DNA of 63,647 nucleotides, filler included, from Choristocarpus tenellus KU-1152 (Eukaryota; Protista; Phaeophyceae): the NCBI GenBank assembly GCA_964200185.2. It is 9 parts of 9 records of this genome, joined end to end, with 100 filler letters (N's around TTAATTAATTAA, not from the genome) between each part and the next. Parts side by side here need not be neighbours in the genome. Positions count along the whole stretch, not along the records: positions 9,928 to 32,260 come from CAXNAD020000290.1; 8 more parts are not named here. The stretch is one strand, 5' to 3'. The position numbers were made by a program, and so were the translations under genes. Of this stretch, positions 11,490 to 25,753 are shown one piece after another. Under the pieces are notes generated by a model. That model was not told the DNA's origin. It made no database searches and saw only the letters and a program-made list of their open reading frames with translations. The first letter of the stretch is position 1, and every line of letters begins with the position of its first letter.

Positions 11490-14400
11490 TTATTCCTTAT
11501 CCTTCAGTCCCAAAGGTGCATCTTCTGGCTTCCATGCCCCAAAGAACACCTGTTGCCCCGTTCCAGTCAAAAGATTAGCCTCTTCAAGCAAGGGAGACAT
11601 ATCAATTTGCCCTCCACTTTTGCATCCTTTTGCTATCTGCCCCTTGTATACATCCTGTGGTCCCTTGACCTGGCCCTTGGCTGCTTTCCCGGGAAAATGT
11701 GAGTCCTTCCCTGTACTTTCTCGAGGTGATTTTGAATAGGGTAAATGGTCCACACCATCCAATGCAATTTCTTGTTTTTTCCTAGTCCTTGGTCGGCTAC
11801 GGAATGCAGCGGGTCGCAAAGTTGATGGTGCCCAACATCGTGCCTCAACTGTTTGCCACCTGTTACTACCGGCACTTGATGGTCGCCGAGTGCAGATGAA
11901 TCCTTGTGATGGGGGTAAAATGGGAGGGTTCTCCACCCCAAGGTCAGGGTGCCCTTCCTTACGACTGTGTTCTCGTTCATGAACTTCTACCTGAATCTTG
12001 GTGTGGGCACTCTGGGGGCGATGTGGGACATAGTTGGGGTTGTTGGAGAGTTCAACTTGTAATTTCACTGCTCTTGGTGCTGTTGCAGGTCGACCACAAC
12101 TGAGCCCTGTTGGTGCTGGGCAAACATGAAGGGGCGATGGTCTGACTGAGGTTGATGCAGCAACTTCAATGAGTGCTTCTGCATTGCCTAGTCTCCGGTT
12201 TTCTGGTGGGTCTGCTGCTTGGTGCTGTCCTTCTCCCTGAACACGTGTTACTCTAGAGGAACTAGGCACCTGCTGATACCGTGCTGCAGCTTGAGTCTCA
12301 GCTGGGGGACAGGACCCATCACCAAGGGTGATGATGCACCCTGTTGTGAAACGGTTCCTGCTCTTGTGCTGATTTGACCTCTCAACCTTTTTTTTTGAGT
12401 GTCCATCTCCAGATCTGCTTTTACTTTCAGTGTTACTGTGCTTTCCTTTACCATCACCCCAGTCATTTGTCAGTGTTGGACCACTCTCTCTCGAAGTTGC
12501 TTTCCCCACAACACCTTCCCCTCCCCAACCCCGAATGTTCTTGTACTCGGAGTAGTTGGCTGCCACCCATCCTACAGGCATACTTCCACCACTGCCTAGG
12601 AGGGATGAATCCTGCACCTCACCTGATGATGGCCTCAAGTGCCTAGGTCCAACTCCTTGAAACGGATTGCCTGGAGGGCAGAAGAGACCAAACCCATTGC
12701 CGCTGCCAGCGGAAAAGCCAAATGTGACAGCAACAAGCAAGTTGGCATCGGCAATTTCTCTTTCAAATGCACGAGCTTCCACCACTGCCTGTAGGCCCCA
12801 TGCAAGCTTCCCCACCAAGTGGAGTACCATTCCCCATATCAATGGGGGAACACCAGCAGAGGGGCGAGCAAGCTCTCCACAAGTCCAGCCTTCTTTGATG
12901 TGATCACCACCCTTATCTTCTTTCGCTCCCCTACCCTTACCTATATATCCAATCCCATTAACACACTGAGCAACACGTAGACATAAAGCAGACACATCAG
13001 ACTGCTTTTGCTCTTCCTCAACAGCTGCAACAATTTCAGTTGCTAAGGTGAGGAGGGACTCCTCGGCAATGGTAGGAGCATGGGGAGAGTGTCTTGAGGG
13101 TCCTGCCTGGTCTGCATCCTTGACTTTGTCAATAATTTCTTCCGCAGAGAGGATGAGATCGGACGGGGTGAGGGCTGGCCGTGGTGCCCTCAGCGTGCTT
13201 ATCAGTCGGGAATGGTGGAGAAGAAGAGGGAACATTGTCAGCAGCAGTACTAGCCATGGCATTGCCTTATGGAGCATCTTGCTGCCAAAAAAATGGCCGA
13301 GGTCTGCTGAAACAGGGTATCTTAATATGAACACAGACTTAACCACACACCATTACATCCGTACCAGCACTAGTGTGTCCAATAAAAATCCAATAAAAAG
13401 AAGTGTGGATTCTATTTACTGCACTTTCCCACGATTGTATGTTACCTTCACACCACTCCCAAAGCTCACCCTTGGTTTTCAAGTACCACTGGAGATGATT
13501 TAGATTGTTGTGCAGCATCTCCCCTCGTGGTTCTTGGAGTATCTTGTCTATGTTGGCACTGTTTGTGCTGAACAGCTACAGCAGCGATAAGAGCCCTTGC
13601 TTCCTTTGCCCCATCTTCTACATCTCGTCGGTAAGCAGCCACTTTCTCCTGGCGGCTCTTGAGTGTGATATCAACTTTCCCAAGGAGGGTGTAGACCTGT
13701 CGAAACCACACGAACATCACAAATGGACATTACAAGGTACATGCACAAAAAAGCTGCACTGAGGTATAAATCTTTTTTTTACATGTATTACCACAAAGTA
13801 CACTTTTGAGGTGTTCCTTGGTGCACTCCCCACCCAATTTGTTTCCCATACTCTGAATGTAGTCATGCACCGTTGCTGTAAACACCACTTTCAGCTAAAT
13901 CAGGTTTCCTTTTTATTTGCTTTGTAATGCTTTCTGTGATATCCTTACCCAAGTCTAACTGTAAGGGAGGGGAAGTAGATGTGGAAGGACTGCATTTTGA
14001 AACAGATCATAGTGTAGTATGACTTCAAGGTGTAGCACTTGTATTGCATTGTGAACTTGTGATTATTCTGGGAACTATCTTTGCAACTTGTGGAATCCTA
14101 GCAAAAGCTGCCCAAATAGGGTGCAGAACACACGTACCCAGATCCTCCATTTCAAATTCAGGTTTGGGTGTAGTCTAAACTGGAGTCAGTTGTGAAGGAA
14201 AGTTTACTTATTCTAATCTTTCCGCTTTCTGTGAGTTCTTCATAACTTGTTGACCCACACCAATCACTTCCTGAAGTCATGTGCTATCCAGTTCATGGCA
14301 AACAAACCTACATACGAGGGAGTACTCCGTAAAAATAGAAAGAGTTTGACCTTCATTTATCCAGATGCCATTAATCCTGCCATATGTCAAATACTCCAGA

Positions 14401-17400
14401 GGAGTTAGTTACCAAGTGTTACAAGTTTGAGCCAAATCAATCAAGAGACAGGTTTTGACCCTTTCGCATTTTAATCTATCTCTCTTACCCTGTACAATAC
14501 ACTCTATTTCACTACTTCATGTGAACAATAGTGTACGCAAAATTGATATTCCCCCTCTTCACACATAAAATGGCGCCACAATTAAGCAAAGACTCTTTCT
14601 GCAATTTAAGAGGGTAGGAGGTTTGCCCTGTTTGTCCGTTTGGGGCTTGACTTCCCGCGGGTTTTTTATGCCCTTTTTCGGTTTTCTGTGTGAACACAGT
14701 TACCCACTCCGAAACTTTTCAGAGTAGGAAAAATATACACAACTATAAAAGGTGTGTCCGGAGCAAGGAGATTTACACTTCCTAACAAACACGATAGCCA
14801 AAATTACGTCAAAATCGCAACATTGGATTTATGACCCCAGTAGACGCGGCCCTACCCTCTTAAGTGCTTTGGGTCAAAATAGTGTCTTCTTTCCCTTTCT
14901 CGGGATCCTTACAATCCAACCCTGCCTACCTCTCAGCTGATTTGACCCTTTATGTTTCCTCCTCTTTTTTATAAGTTGGGGGTGAAAGCTATGAGGTAGA
15001 TCCGGAACCAAAAAGTCAAATCAGCGACCGGTCTTCTGTCGTACAAAATTAACATTTTGGTCAGTAATGCACTGACAGCATCAGACAAAGTATATACAGA
15101 TATGTATATCAAACAAATTGCATGACTAATACTTCGAAGTACTAGGGATACCTTCTAAGCAATGAAAGACTGTTATGGCTTGAGCAATAAATCCACTTGG
15201 GTTTTCAAGATTGGATGGTAGCAATACTGTGTTAGATTTTTGAGCTAATTTTCCAAATGCAATTTACGTGTTCTGCAATCTTGAACAATACTGCATTTCT
15301 AAACTGTTAGAAAAACAACTAAGAGATACTAAAAAGAATCTAATGTCTTAGTTTAATCACAAGTTTGGCATTATCGCTCCTCGATGCTTGAGTGATAATT
15401 ATATCAGATATATGCTGCAATTCATGCAGTTGTTAGTGGTGGCTGGTTTGCCTGAATGCAAATATGCTTAGGAATGGTGAGGCATGCCTCTATTGCATCC
15501 AAGAGTTCATCAACCCCATCATTGCCCAAGGGTCCCAACAGGTGTCAGGTCCTGAACCTACATGTGACTATTATGACCTAGATTGAAATAATAAAATTTG
15601 TGTCAAAAATCTATCTTGTATCGACAAACTTGGGATACAATAAAATATACGATTTACAGTGACATGAAAAGACTTTTAGCTGATGTCCAATTTTGTGGAA
15701 GTGCAAAACGTCTGAGGATAAAAAAATGTAATGATGCTTTGGTTTGAATTAATACAGGCTATCCTCCCATCGGTACTATTAATAATGTTCTGTCTCTGAA
15801 GAAGTAACACCTCTGGGACCCCATGTATTGTGGAACCCAAGTCCAATAGGATCCCAGGGAAGATTGAGGGGATAACATTATGCTAGACTAGGTTCTACTT
15901 TGAAATGTTTGCTGAAGCAGAGTCTGACCTTAACCCAAGGGTGCTGTTGTATTGTTGACACAATTTTCTAGGCTTGAATATGTAGGGTGTGTATGAACAA
16001 AGTCAAACAGGGGGATGAATGTGCAGCTGTGACCCAGCAAAGGTAAAAAAGGGTGAGAGCGACTGTTGCCACCTCTTCACGCTCTTGGCATGTCAGGTCA
16101 GATCTACTGCCTGTACAAAAACCATACTCTTTCCCCCCCCCAAAAAAACTGGACCCTCAGGCCCGTCTCAGCCTTAAGCTAAAAACACTGTTTAGGGAAC
16201 AGCAAACTGTTCTGGTGATAGGGATGCACATGGTCAGCTGTACCTACCTGACTTAGGCTATTGAGGCCTCAGGTATACAATCCTCTTTAGGAATAGTCCC
16301 AAACATGATAGCCAAATCAAAATAGTTGTGGATGTCCTCCAATTAGCCACCTCCTCCTACTCCAGCTCACATCCACGCACCTGCTGCTCCATAAGCGACT
16401 CATCATCTGCATCAATACCTCCTGCTACCTGCACCCCAATATCCCTTCTCCCAATGTCCAACCAGGTCCCATTCCCTCCCTCCCCGTTGCCTATTGTATG
16501 AATGGAGTGGGACGAAGTTTGGGATCCCCTCGTCTTCTTTGCTTGACCCATGAGGGTCAGCATCCTTGCCAATCCATCTGGAAAAAAAGATGCCCCAGTG
16601 TGACCTCCGACTCTCCTTCGAAAGAAATTTAGCACAGTTTTCTCGAGAGTGCTCAGTAAACGATCGGAGTCCTCCACCAATGCGATGGCTTCTGTTGATG
16701 AAGCCCCTGCTGAAGATCCAAGAATGAATCGTTGAATCTGCTTAAATTTTGACTATGAGGGTACACCCAAAGAGAGAGACATAGGGTTGATGGGGTAGTT
16801 GGAAGAGGGGGAAGTTAGACTATGAAACGGAGAGTAGAAAGAGGATAAAAACGATATATTGGCTGCTGGTCAGTCAAAACTCCAACAACAGTTGTTTAGT
16901 TCCTCACTGACTCCCCCTGTGTTTGCCACAGGTCATGTGACTCATGCAAGTGAATTTTAGTGATGACTGCGCTGATCTCAAAGGTTTCATGCAGAAAGAC
17001 CGTAATTACCATGGCACAAGAGACCTTCCCCCTTATGTCTTTGTTCCCTTGTACCCTGAACATAGACTCAAGGTGTAGAATGAATGGTACCACATTTATA
17101 ATACCAACGAAATTTTATTACCCTCCACCCCTACCTCATTTCCCTTACACCCTTCTGATCCTTCATGAGCATGGAGCACCCAGTTCTTCCACTATCCTCA
17201 CCCTCATGTACTTGTACTCAACAAGGTACAGTTGCGCTGCTGCCACATTGAGGTGTGCTAGCGTGTCTTCCAGCTCTGCCTTCTCTGATCGCAATTTGTC
17301 CACCTCAGAAAGCAACCCATTCAGAGAAGACTGTGACGGGTGTGTTGAGCATGCCTCGTCTTTCCCTTGTAGTTTAGCTCTTTTTTCACCATCTGCTCCT

Positions 17401-20328
17401 TGATATCCATAGCTGGAGAAATCGCAAAAAGGCCCTGCTGGTACACTCAGCTGAGACAGAAGCTCTCTAGTACATCCACCACTCCCAATATCTTCCCTCT
17501 GTCTAGTAGCCATACACACACTATCAATACCACTGTGGTCTACTTCGTGTATTGTGCTGTCTAGCACAAGCTCTTTCCCTAAGGAAGTACATGGATCAGG
17601 ATTGCTAATTTCCTCCTCCCTTCCTATCATCCCTTCCACCATCTTCGAAGTGCTGGTTGACTCTATCTCTAGTCCTGGCTTAAGCCCATCAGGAACTATC
17701 TCCATCTCACCTCTAAGATTGTCCTGATCTTGCGCCAATTCCCAGGTAGTGTACCCTATATAACTAGGGGCACTAAACTCTTCCCCCTCAACGTTTGAGT
17801 GCATAAGAGCACTATTTTTTAATGAATTGCCACAAGCACGGCTCTCCACTGCTTCAATAGAGAGCTCAGCACTAGTGCATGGGCTAGAGCCTCCTCCAAG
17901 ACAAGGCCAATTTTCTGAGAAGGAATTTAGGGCATGATCACCTGACTGAACCTCAGATGCCTGTAAGCAGCTCAACTTCTCTTCCTGAACATAATGGTAT
18001 GAACCTTTGCCCTCTACCTTTGTTTGCCCCCCGGGTAACACCAACTCCGACCCTCTGAAGCTTCTATTAGTATAGCCTACTTGCTCTTGTGGCATATAAG
18101 TAGTCTTGGCTTTACTTGGCACGAGTAATGCAGGAGGCACAGGGTTGAGTGCTGCTATGGAACAATCCTCCCATGTACAGGATCCAGTAAGACCTCTACT
18201 CCCTTCAATAGCTGAAAACCTGCTTGCTTCCTTGCACAGAATTTTATCACCGTGTCGAACCATGGGCCTTGTTATTTCTCCAGCTTCCTTCCTCTTGAGG
18301 ATATCTCCCATATCTGCCTGTGCCTGTCTACTCTCTTTCACATGAACCCCCCCACCCTTACCTCTACCCTCTGTATCTTGCTGGTGCCCTGCATTTTTTC
18401 CTCCTGTTGTCGGCAAGGGCAATGCACCTGCCTCTTGGTAGAATAACAGAGCTCCAGGATTGATATGAGGATCATTCAGCTCTGGAAGCAAGGCCTCTAA
18501 CTTATGCCTTGCTGAGCGAAGGTCAGACTCAGCCTCAGCTTGCAGGATCCGGCAGTTTGCCATCTTCTGCAGGTGATGTGCGTGATGCTCCACTGCGCTG
18601 ACGAGGGAATCGGCAACACTCTCCTTTTTGGCCAGTTTGGATTGTGTTGGTTAGATTGAGAGATCTGCGTGTTGTTAGATGTGAAGGGTACAGCAAGCCA
18701 ACCCATCAAACATTTCTCTTCTGGGCCACTGTTACCCATTGCACACTAGAGCTTTCAAAAGGAATACTACATAGAGAGGGTGGGGATCGAGACTATCATT
18801 TAGTGACCTTCTCTACTAATGTAATGGGCATAGTGTGGAATATTTCAAATGTTGTTATATTTTATAGCTATGGAGATTTTACATGTACCATAAAATGAAT
18901 AAGATATCCTAGTGATCCATAATATTCCCACAACCAACATGCCTGGTATGACCTGAGGTGTCTAGGTCACAATGCAACTACTACATAGTATTTGGTATTT
19001 TGATGTGATTTGTCATTCACCTCCTGTGGTTCACCCATCACATCACAATCTATGTGAATGGTCTGTTTGTCACACTTGAGATATGACATCTGATCTTGAG
19101 ACCTTTCAGCCATCAGGTTGGCCAAATCCTCAATCTGCAACAGCTCCTCCACTAAGATACTAGTGCGCTGCTTTTCTTGTCCTGGTCTTGGTAACAGTAC
19201 AGAACCAGCTTGACTCGGTCCCATCACCCCTCTTCCTCTCTTTGTATTACTTAGACCAGCTGGGATATCAGTATGGTCAGGTTTGAGGTGGCCAAATGTC
19301 TCCAGATGCAATATAGCCCTCCTCAAAGCCACCACCTCGATCTCGGCCAGTGCAAGTTCTACTCTCAAATTATTAACTCCTTCTTGAAGACATTCGCATT
19401 TCCTACAAGCAATCCTTAGTCGAGCTGAAGTCTCCCTCGTGCTGTGCGCTCCTGTTTCCGCATCATCAGTGCTTGGTTTTGCAGGCAAACTTGCATCTTC
19501 AGACACACCATGTTTTTGAGGAACCCCCCCCACACTCTCGGCTGCCTCTTCCTCTGAGAGATTGTCAAGCCCCCTGTTGAGTGGTGATGGTGGGGTCGAA
19601 TATCCATGCACACTCTGCTGCAATATAATGTCATCATGGTGAGGGAAAATACGATTTGAGGGCGACCCACACCTCTCTGGTGACGGCAAAGAGACTTGTT
19701 TCAGTGATGTCAGTGACATCGAGGGGGAGATCGATACTGAGGAAATAGGCTTCCTACTTTGAGGAGTCCATCCAAGAAGTTCGGCAGTCTCCTTGCAAAA
19801 GCAAGGACTTGATTCAAGGTAGTGACACTGCTCCTGGAGAGTGATTTTTTCCCGCACATGCCTGGCCCTTTGTTCCACCATGGCAAGATCTCGAGCGCGC
19901 ACCATCTTCCGAAGCTCATCCACCTGCCGAAGGATGAAATATTTTCGCGAACACCATTGCGATTTGCTTTTTTACCTGGTCCCAATATAGAGCTCTACGT
20001 GCTGCAGTAGGTTTGGTTAGATCTTTTGTCCCAAACATTTGAATCAGTTGTTTCAGATAAGACGCGATGGAACCTGTGCAAGGAAAGCCTAGAACGAACT
20101 GACCTGTTCGAGCAGGGCTGTCTCCATGAAAGTGCCATGTCTCGCCGTCAGAACCTTTTCGACTATCTTTGTGCTGCTATTGTGATCTACTAGATTAGTT
20201 GAGTCGCCTCCTAGATCGATGTCTTTTAAGTCTCTCCGATGAATACTGGTCGAGGTTGTGGTCGTGTCTCTTCCTTCATTAATATGAAGGTTGCAGCTGT
20301 CAGACGCTGTTGTTGGTAGGTGATCCAT
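11490..20328 (-). CDS. Large multi-exon hypothetical coiled-coil/low-complexity protein (possibly more than one gene)
   Basis: Long same-strand ORFs with splice-like ends at ~20104-20328, ~19020-19923, ~17200-18750, ~16380-16740, ~13490-13695 and ~11490-13315. Coiled-coil segments: VDELRKMVRARDLAMVEQRARHVREKITLQEQ, LLSEVDKLRSEKAELEDTLAHL, LKSRQEKVAAYRRDVEDGAKEARAL. No family recognised. Confidence 0.6.
14429..14948. mobile_element. Diverged family-B-like MITE with a family-A-like MITE (~14602-14874) nested inside
   Basis: Outer ends GAGCCAAATCA...TGATTTGACCC. 14470-14600 resembles 20770-20910. The inner piece has AAGAGGGTA...TACCCTCTTAAG ends and family-A internal sequence. Confidence 0.6.
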
Positions 20329-20734
20329 TTCTAGTCACTTGGATAATAAAGAAAGATGCAGGCTCCTGCTGCTGCATGCTCGTTGCGCCTGGTGTCTGGA
20401 ATAAGGTTGCCTTATCGTTCAGTACTGAAGCAATGTATGTGTCAGAGGAGCAAGGCTATTAATGAGAATAGGAGAACATCGAAACATTCAGTTTCGTTGT
20501 CGTTTCTCCATCAACTATAATAATACGATTCTTCAAAATATTCTTTACGTACGTATCGTGCTTTACTCATACAATACATAATCACAACACACCTCCTTGA
20601 AGAACCGATTATCCTTAGTCAAGGTTGTTTTGTCCAGGAGGTGCTTTTTGTTTGTATGATCATTATGGACAATATTATTGCTCCAACGAAGTGGGAGAAT
20701 ATGTGACGCATCATCGTAAGAATGCTGGTAAGAA

Positions 20735-20986
20735 ATGTACAGGTGGTAGGCAAGTTTTGGTCATACAACATTTTAAGCCATTTTTCTTCTCCTGTACAAT
20801 ACACCCTTTTCATTTCTCTGTATGAACAACAGTGTCCGCAAATTGATATTACCCCTTTCCACACACAAAATGATACCACAATCCAGTGAAGGTATTATTC
20901 GCAATTACACAAAAAGGCGTGTTTTGCCCATTTCCTAGGATCCTTTTTAAATGTATCCTTGCTTTACCTCACAAATACTTTGACTC
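20735..20986. mobile_element. Diverged family-B-like MITE
   Basis: Ends in ATACTTTGACTC; internal similarity to 14470-14600; left end degenerate. Confidence 0.5.
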
Positions 20987-21333
20987 AAATGAGCATTTCC
21001 ACAAATAGGTAGTAGATAGACTGGCAGGCATGTCGATGATCCCTGCCTGCAGTGGTGGGATTAGGTTCGTGTGAATTCCCGTATGTTATTCTCATTTTTT
21101 TCAAGTCGACCATGTATGTGGTTACACACTCTGCTCCAACAACAGGCAACATTATCTCACCATGGTACTCGGAACAACACCTCTTTACAAAAGATCATGC
21201 TCGTGTTTTCTTTAGTACAATAGTGGTAGTAGGAGCAACATACTATTAATATATTTTATTCCACTATAGTAGTGGTACTAGTAATACCACATACCTCTTC
21301 TCTCCAACCACTACTTGTTTCATTGAAACATAG

Positions 21334-21445
21334 GTATGTATGTATGTATGTATGTATGTATGTATGTATGTATGTATGTATGTATGTAGGTAGGTAGGTA
21401 GGTAGGTAGGTAGGCAGGTAGGTAGGTAGGTAGGTAGGTAGGTAT
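21334..21445. repeat. (TATG)n(TAGG)n compound microsatellite
   Basis: Direct inspection. Confidence 0.95.
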
Positions 21446-21544
21446 GTGTATGTTTATTGAAGGGGTGCCTATCAAATTGACATGCGCATCATGTATGCCA
21501 GAATCCTTGACATTCTCCTCTCTCTATCCGTTGGGCGTCGGTGT

Positions 21545-21806
21545 GAGTCAAAATATCTTAGAGGGTACGGTCGCGTCCGCTTGAGGGCCAAAATCCAATG
21601 TTGCGATTTTGATGAAATTATGGCTATCATGTTTCTAAGGAAGTGTCAACTTTCTTGTTCCAGACACACCTTAACATTACATATATTTTATCTACTACTC
21701 TGAAACTTTTTGGAGTAGGTAAAATGTCATTAAAAAAACCCGTGGGAAGCCAAGCCCCAAACGGACTAAAAGGGTAAAACTCGTGCCCTCTAAGATACTT
21801 TCACTC
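21545..21806 (+). mobile_element. Family-A MITE (~260 bp)
   Basis: TIRs GAGTCAAAATATCTTAGAGGGTA...CCCTCTAAGATACTTTCACTC; no intact TSD. Confidence 0.88.
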
Positions 21807-24800
21807 AGTATTCCCTTGCTTCCTCTTGTTCCTCTCAGTAACTGGTGAAGGGAAAGTGGAAGGATCACTACCAGCATACTTCACCTCGTGCACACTAATG
21901 ATAAATATTCCAACCAACAGACATTGTTCCGCAATAAACTGTGCAAATCATGGAGCACCTCCTTACTGCAATCAAAATATATTATGTAAGTGGTTTTACC
22001 CTCGTGCTAGAACCTTTACCACCATACTGCACAACATCTTTATTTCAACATGCCCAGGAGCTTACCTTAATGGGATATGTAGCTCCAATCCTCAAGCCTG
22101 TGGGTTGATGATTGTGAGGGAAGGAGAAGGCGCCCAAATGGACGAATGCTGGGAGCCAAACTATATCAGATCAGGCTGTGGTTTTGACAAACGAATTGTT
22201 CATTCCCTGTTATATGTGCAACTGAGCTCGTCATACAATGGTGGGTTAGAGTTCCACCATTTTAATCCTAAAGTCAGTAGTATTCATACATTATACGTCA
22301 TCTGAATAAAGTCGAGATATTCTAAAGATACAGTTTTTTTATGGAACTATAGCGAATTGAATCTTCCCTCCTAGGACCGTCTGAGTGCTTACTCACTTCT
22401 CACGCTGGTTAGGACGCGGGTATCGACATGCTTGCTAATCCCCCGTCACATCTCCTTACCTCATTGAGTAACTACATCTTGCACATTTGGGGAGATAGAC
22501 TATATATCCAACACTGGAGTGCAGTCAGAAAAATAAGCAATTCAAAAAAAAAAAAAACTGACACTGCACCCATCTTTGCATACTATTGCAAGTAGTGTAG
22601 AGGACGGTATGTAGAGTATTTTAGCGGAAGCACTCCAATGTAGGGATGTTGCCCAGCTTGTGGTGAAGTGGGTCTAAATATTGGTCCACAAGAGATAACA
22701 TGTGAATATGACAAACCCCAGTACATGATCAACACATTGTACTATTTTTAGACTATTATACACAATATATGTAACGTCACAGCTTTTTCACATGACGAGT
22801 AGATGAGAATATTTGTGCAATAAGTTTGATATTCCATATTCACGTTGAGCGTCCTTATTGTGTCTAGGGAAATTAGAAACAGTGAAGCTGGAGGCATGAC
22901 GCTGCAATTTTCTCACAGTAGAGTTTACAGCCCCCCCCTATAATTTACTGTTCCTAGCTCGCAGCATATTAAAGTTTAGTAAGTTTCGTAAAACTCAATC
23001 AACATTCGTTTTCCCCTCCGTTACTCACCTTCAAGATTTCGAAAATATATAATCCGAACTTCCCTCTCAAAAACGCCACATCCATCACATAAAGAGAGAC
23101 CTGGAAGTGGTGGCACATCAACCCCTCAAATCGTTTTTTAGGTTCACAGAGAGAGTGTGCCATCCCACATATTTTGCCTTCCACGTACCAGAACGCAGTC
23201 ACAGACTCAACGGCAATCCCTCTAGGATACTATGGTTCTTAGAAGTACCAACCTCGCCAAAACAATATTTCCTTGTCATACCCTTTTCCCTTCCTTGTAG
23301 ACGTGATAAATTGGGAGGATGTGATGGTTGGGTGGGAAAAAACTGGTTAGTCTTTTCTAGTCTTCCCCCACTCTCTCTCAACCTCTTCTCGGTATCTTTC
23401 TGCACTCTCCAGTTACAGGGCATACCTACTGTCAGTTGACTCAAGGCATGATCTCATGTGGCACCAAAGTTGCATGATTATTAGCGACTATTTTTGTATA
23501 TCTTAGCACCTTTCTCACCATCATCATAACACTAGTCATCCACCTTTTCTCTGTTGTTCATGCTGATTCCATATAATCCTTTTCTTTGAGTGGGAAGGGG
23601 TTCACTCACTCCACGAAATATGGAGAAATTATAGTCGTTCCGTTCTTCATTGGGAAAAAACTGTAGTATCACGCTACACAACATGAAGAAAAGTTAACGT
23701 CAAAGAGTCAGGAACTAGAATGTTTGTCCAACCCAGTTTAATATTCTGTATATGATGTACCTGGAGAAACCTGCAAAAAACGTACCAGTATGTGTTTCAA
23801 ACACCCAAATCTCAGTGTTTCATATGACTTCAAATAATGCACTTTTTGATCAGTAGTTTGGGTGTTAGCAATTTGACTTCAGCAAAAATTCAAGTATCAG
23901 AGCATATCATGCTGTGACTAAAGGTTGTGATTAGGCGGCAAGGGAGCTACTTGATCATCAACTAGCATTTTAGAGACAGAAAAATTATAAAGTGCAAGCC
24001 TCTAATAGGCCATTCTGAGAATAATTGGTTTATGATATCTCGCGTGCCATTTAATGCCAAAATCGAGCATGAAACTATAAATTTCAGTATTGTGTGGCAC
24101 TCTACCAACCTTGAACACCTTTTTGCGCTGTAGTATTTCTCTAAATATAATGAACAAAACATGCACATGTACGTTTTGTACTTGAGTGTTACCATGCATG
24201 ACACAACTCATGATAACATTTTTTCATTTTCACTGTTACAGGTATAGCATAACATTGAGTGTCGTGTTGTACAACTGTACAGCAGTTGAGTAATAATTCT
24301 TGGTACAGGTACTGAGATTGTTGTACACCTTGCACAACATCCAACTTTTATCACTACACACAAAATGTTAAGTAACAAGCTGTGTTCATATTTCACTTAA
24401 TGCTATGGACACCCTACAGTCTGTATGTTATGCATGATGTGGACTTGAATACTACAAGACATAACACATGCTACGTATGTTTTTGCCTCAACAGTTAAGG
24501 GCGTATCATAGCATTGAATGTTACACCTTGTCAAAAGCGTTCATAGTTTATACTAGGGATTATGTAGAGGTTCATAAACTACTATTAATGATCGACAAAA
24601 GGCGGTTTTCATAGCAGTTCACTTATTTTTCTGGGTGTCACTCCTCGTCATGCATTTAGTTGCAGCACATTCAAGCAAGTTCTGTTCTCGTTGAGGACAC
24701 TGAAGTGGTGAAGGCTGACAAAGGCTAGTCAATGATTCCCGCACCCAGGTTTCATGAGAGACGCAGGCATACATGGCATCTTCAACAGAACATAATATGG

Positions 24801-25496
24801 ACTAGCAGTGAGTTTGACAAAATTGCACAGTGTGCAATGACCTAACAATGATAATGTGTCTTTTCAGTGGATTTCACACCCACGACATCGTAGCACTTGC
24901 ATGACATGGCTACTCATTTAGTACTGTACATGGCAGAGTATTTTCCGTACGAAGGATAATTAATATATAGCAAATAGTCCCAAGCATTTTCAGGATAATG
25001 GATAATATCAAGCAAATGGCACTAGATATTGTCCTAGATAACACTACAGAGGAAATGATCCAAAGCGTCATGCAAGACAATGAGCATTATAGAGCAAATG
25101 GCCCAGATAGTTGACTGGATAACGGGCGATATGAATGGGTGTTGTAGGGGGGAGGCTTTCTTTTTTGCACTGTATGCACTACTGTTTCTTCTTTCTCTGT
25201 TTGAAAACCTCTGACCACTGGTTCGAGAGTATCAAACCAGGCATATGTGAAAGGATAAAACATAGCAACTGGCCTTGCATATTGTTCTGGACCATGGATG
25301 CATGCTACAGGGCAAGTGTACTCGAGGGTATGTGGACAAGATAGGTTACAAAATATATAAAAAAGGAAATTTCGACGTTGACCTTTGTTCTTGGCATCAT
25401 TTTTATTTCTCTGGTTTCTTTTTTTTATCTCCTGATGTTATGTGTATGTTTTATCCTTTCGTGAATCTCTCTCTCCCTGCGTTGACTTTCCGACCA

Positions 25497-25753
25497 GAGT
25501 GCGAGTATCTTGAGGGTAGAAGGTTTGCCCTGTTTGTCCGTTTGTGACTTGACTTCCCATGGGTTTCTTATGACACTTTACCTACTCCAAAATGTTTCAT
25601 AGTAGGTAAAATGTGTACGTTATGTCAAGGTGTGTCTGGAACAAGGATATTGAGACTTCCTAACAAACAAGATAGCCAAAGTTACATCAAAATTGCAACA
25701 TTGGATTTGGCCCCCAAACGGACACGGCTCTACCCTCTGAGATACTTTGACTG
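25497..25753 (-). mobile_element. Family-A MITE, reverse orientation
   Basis: GAGTGCGAGTATCTTGAGGGTA...TACCCTCTGAGATACTTTGACTG with the central TTTACCTACT...AGTAGGTAAA hairpin. Confidence 0.88.

Noticed and set aside
14313-14430. Mariner-like TA|CGAGGG terminus
   Set aside because: No matching opposite TIR was found.
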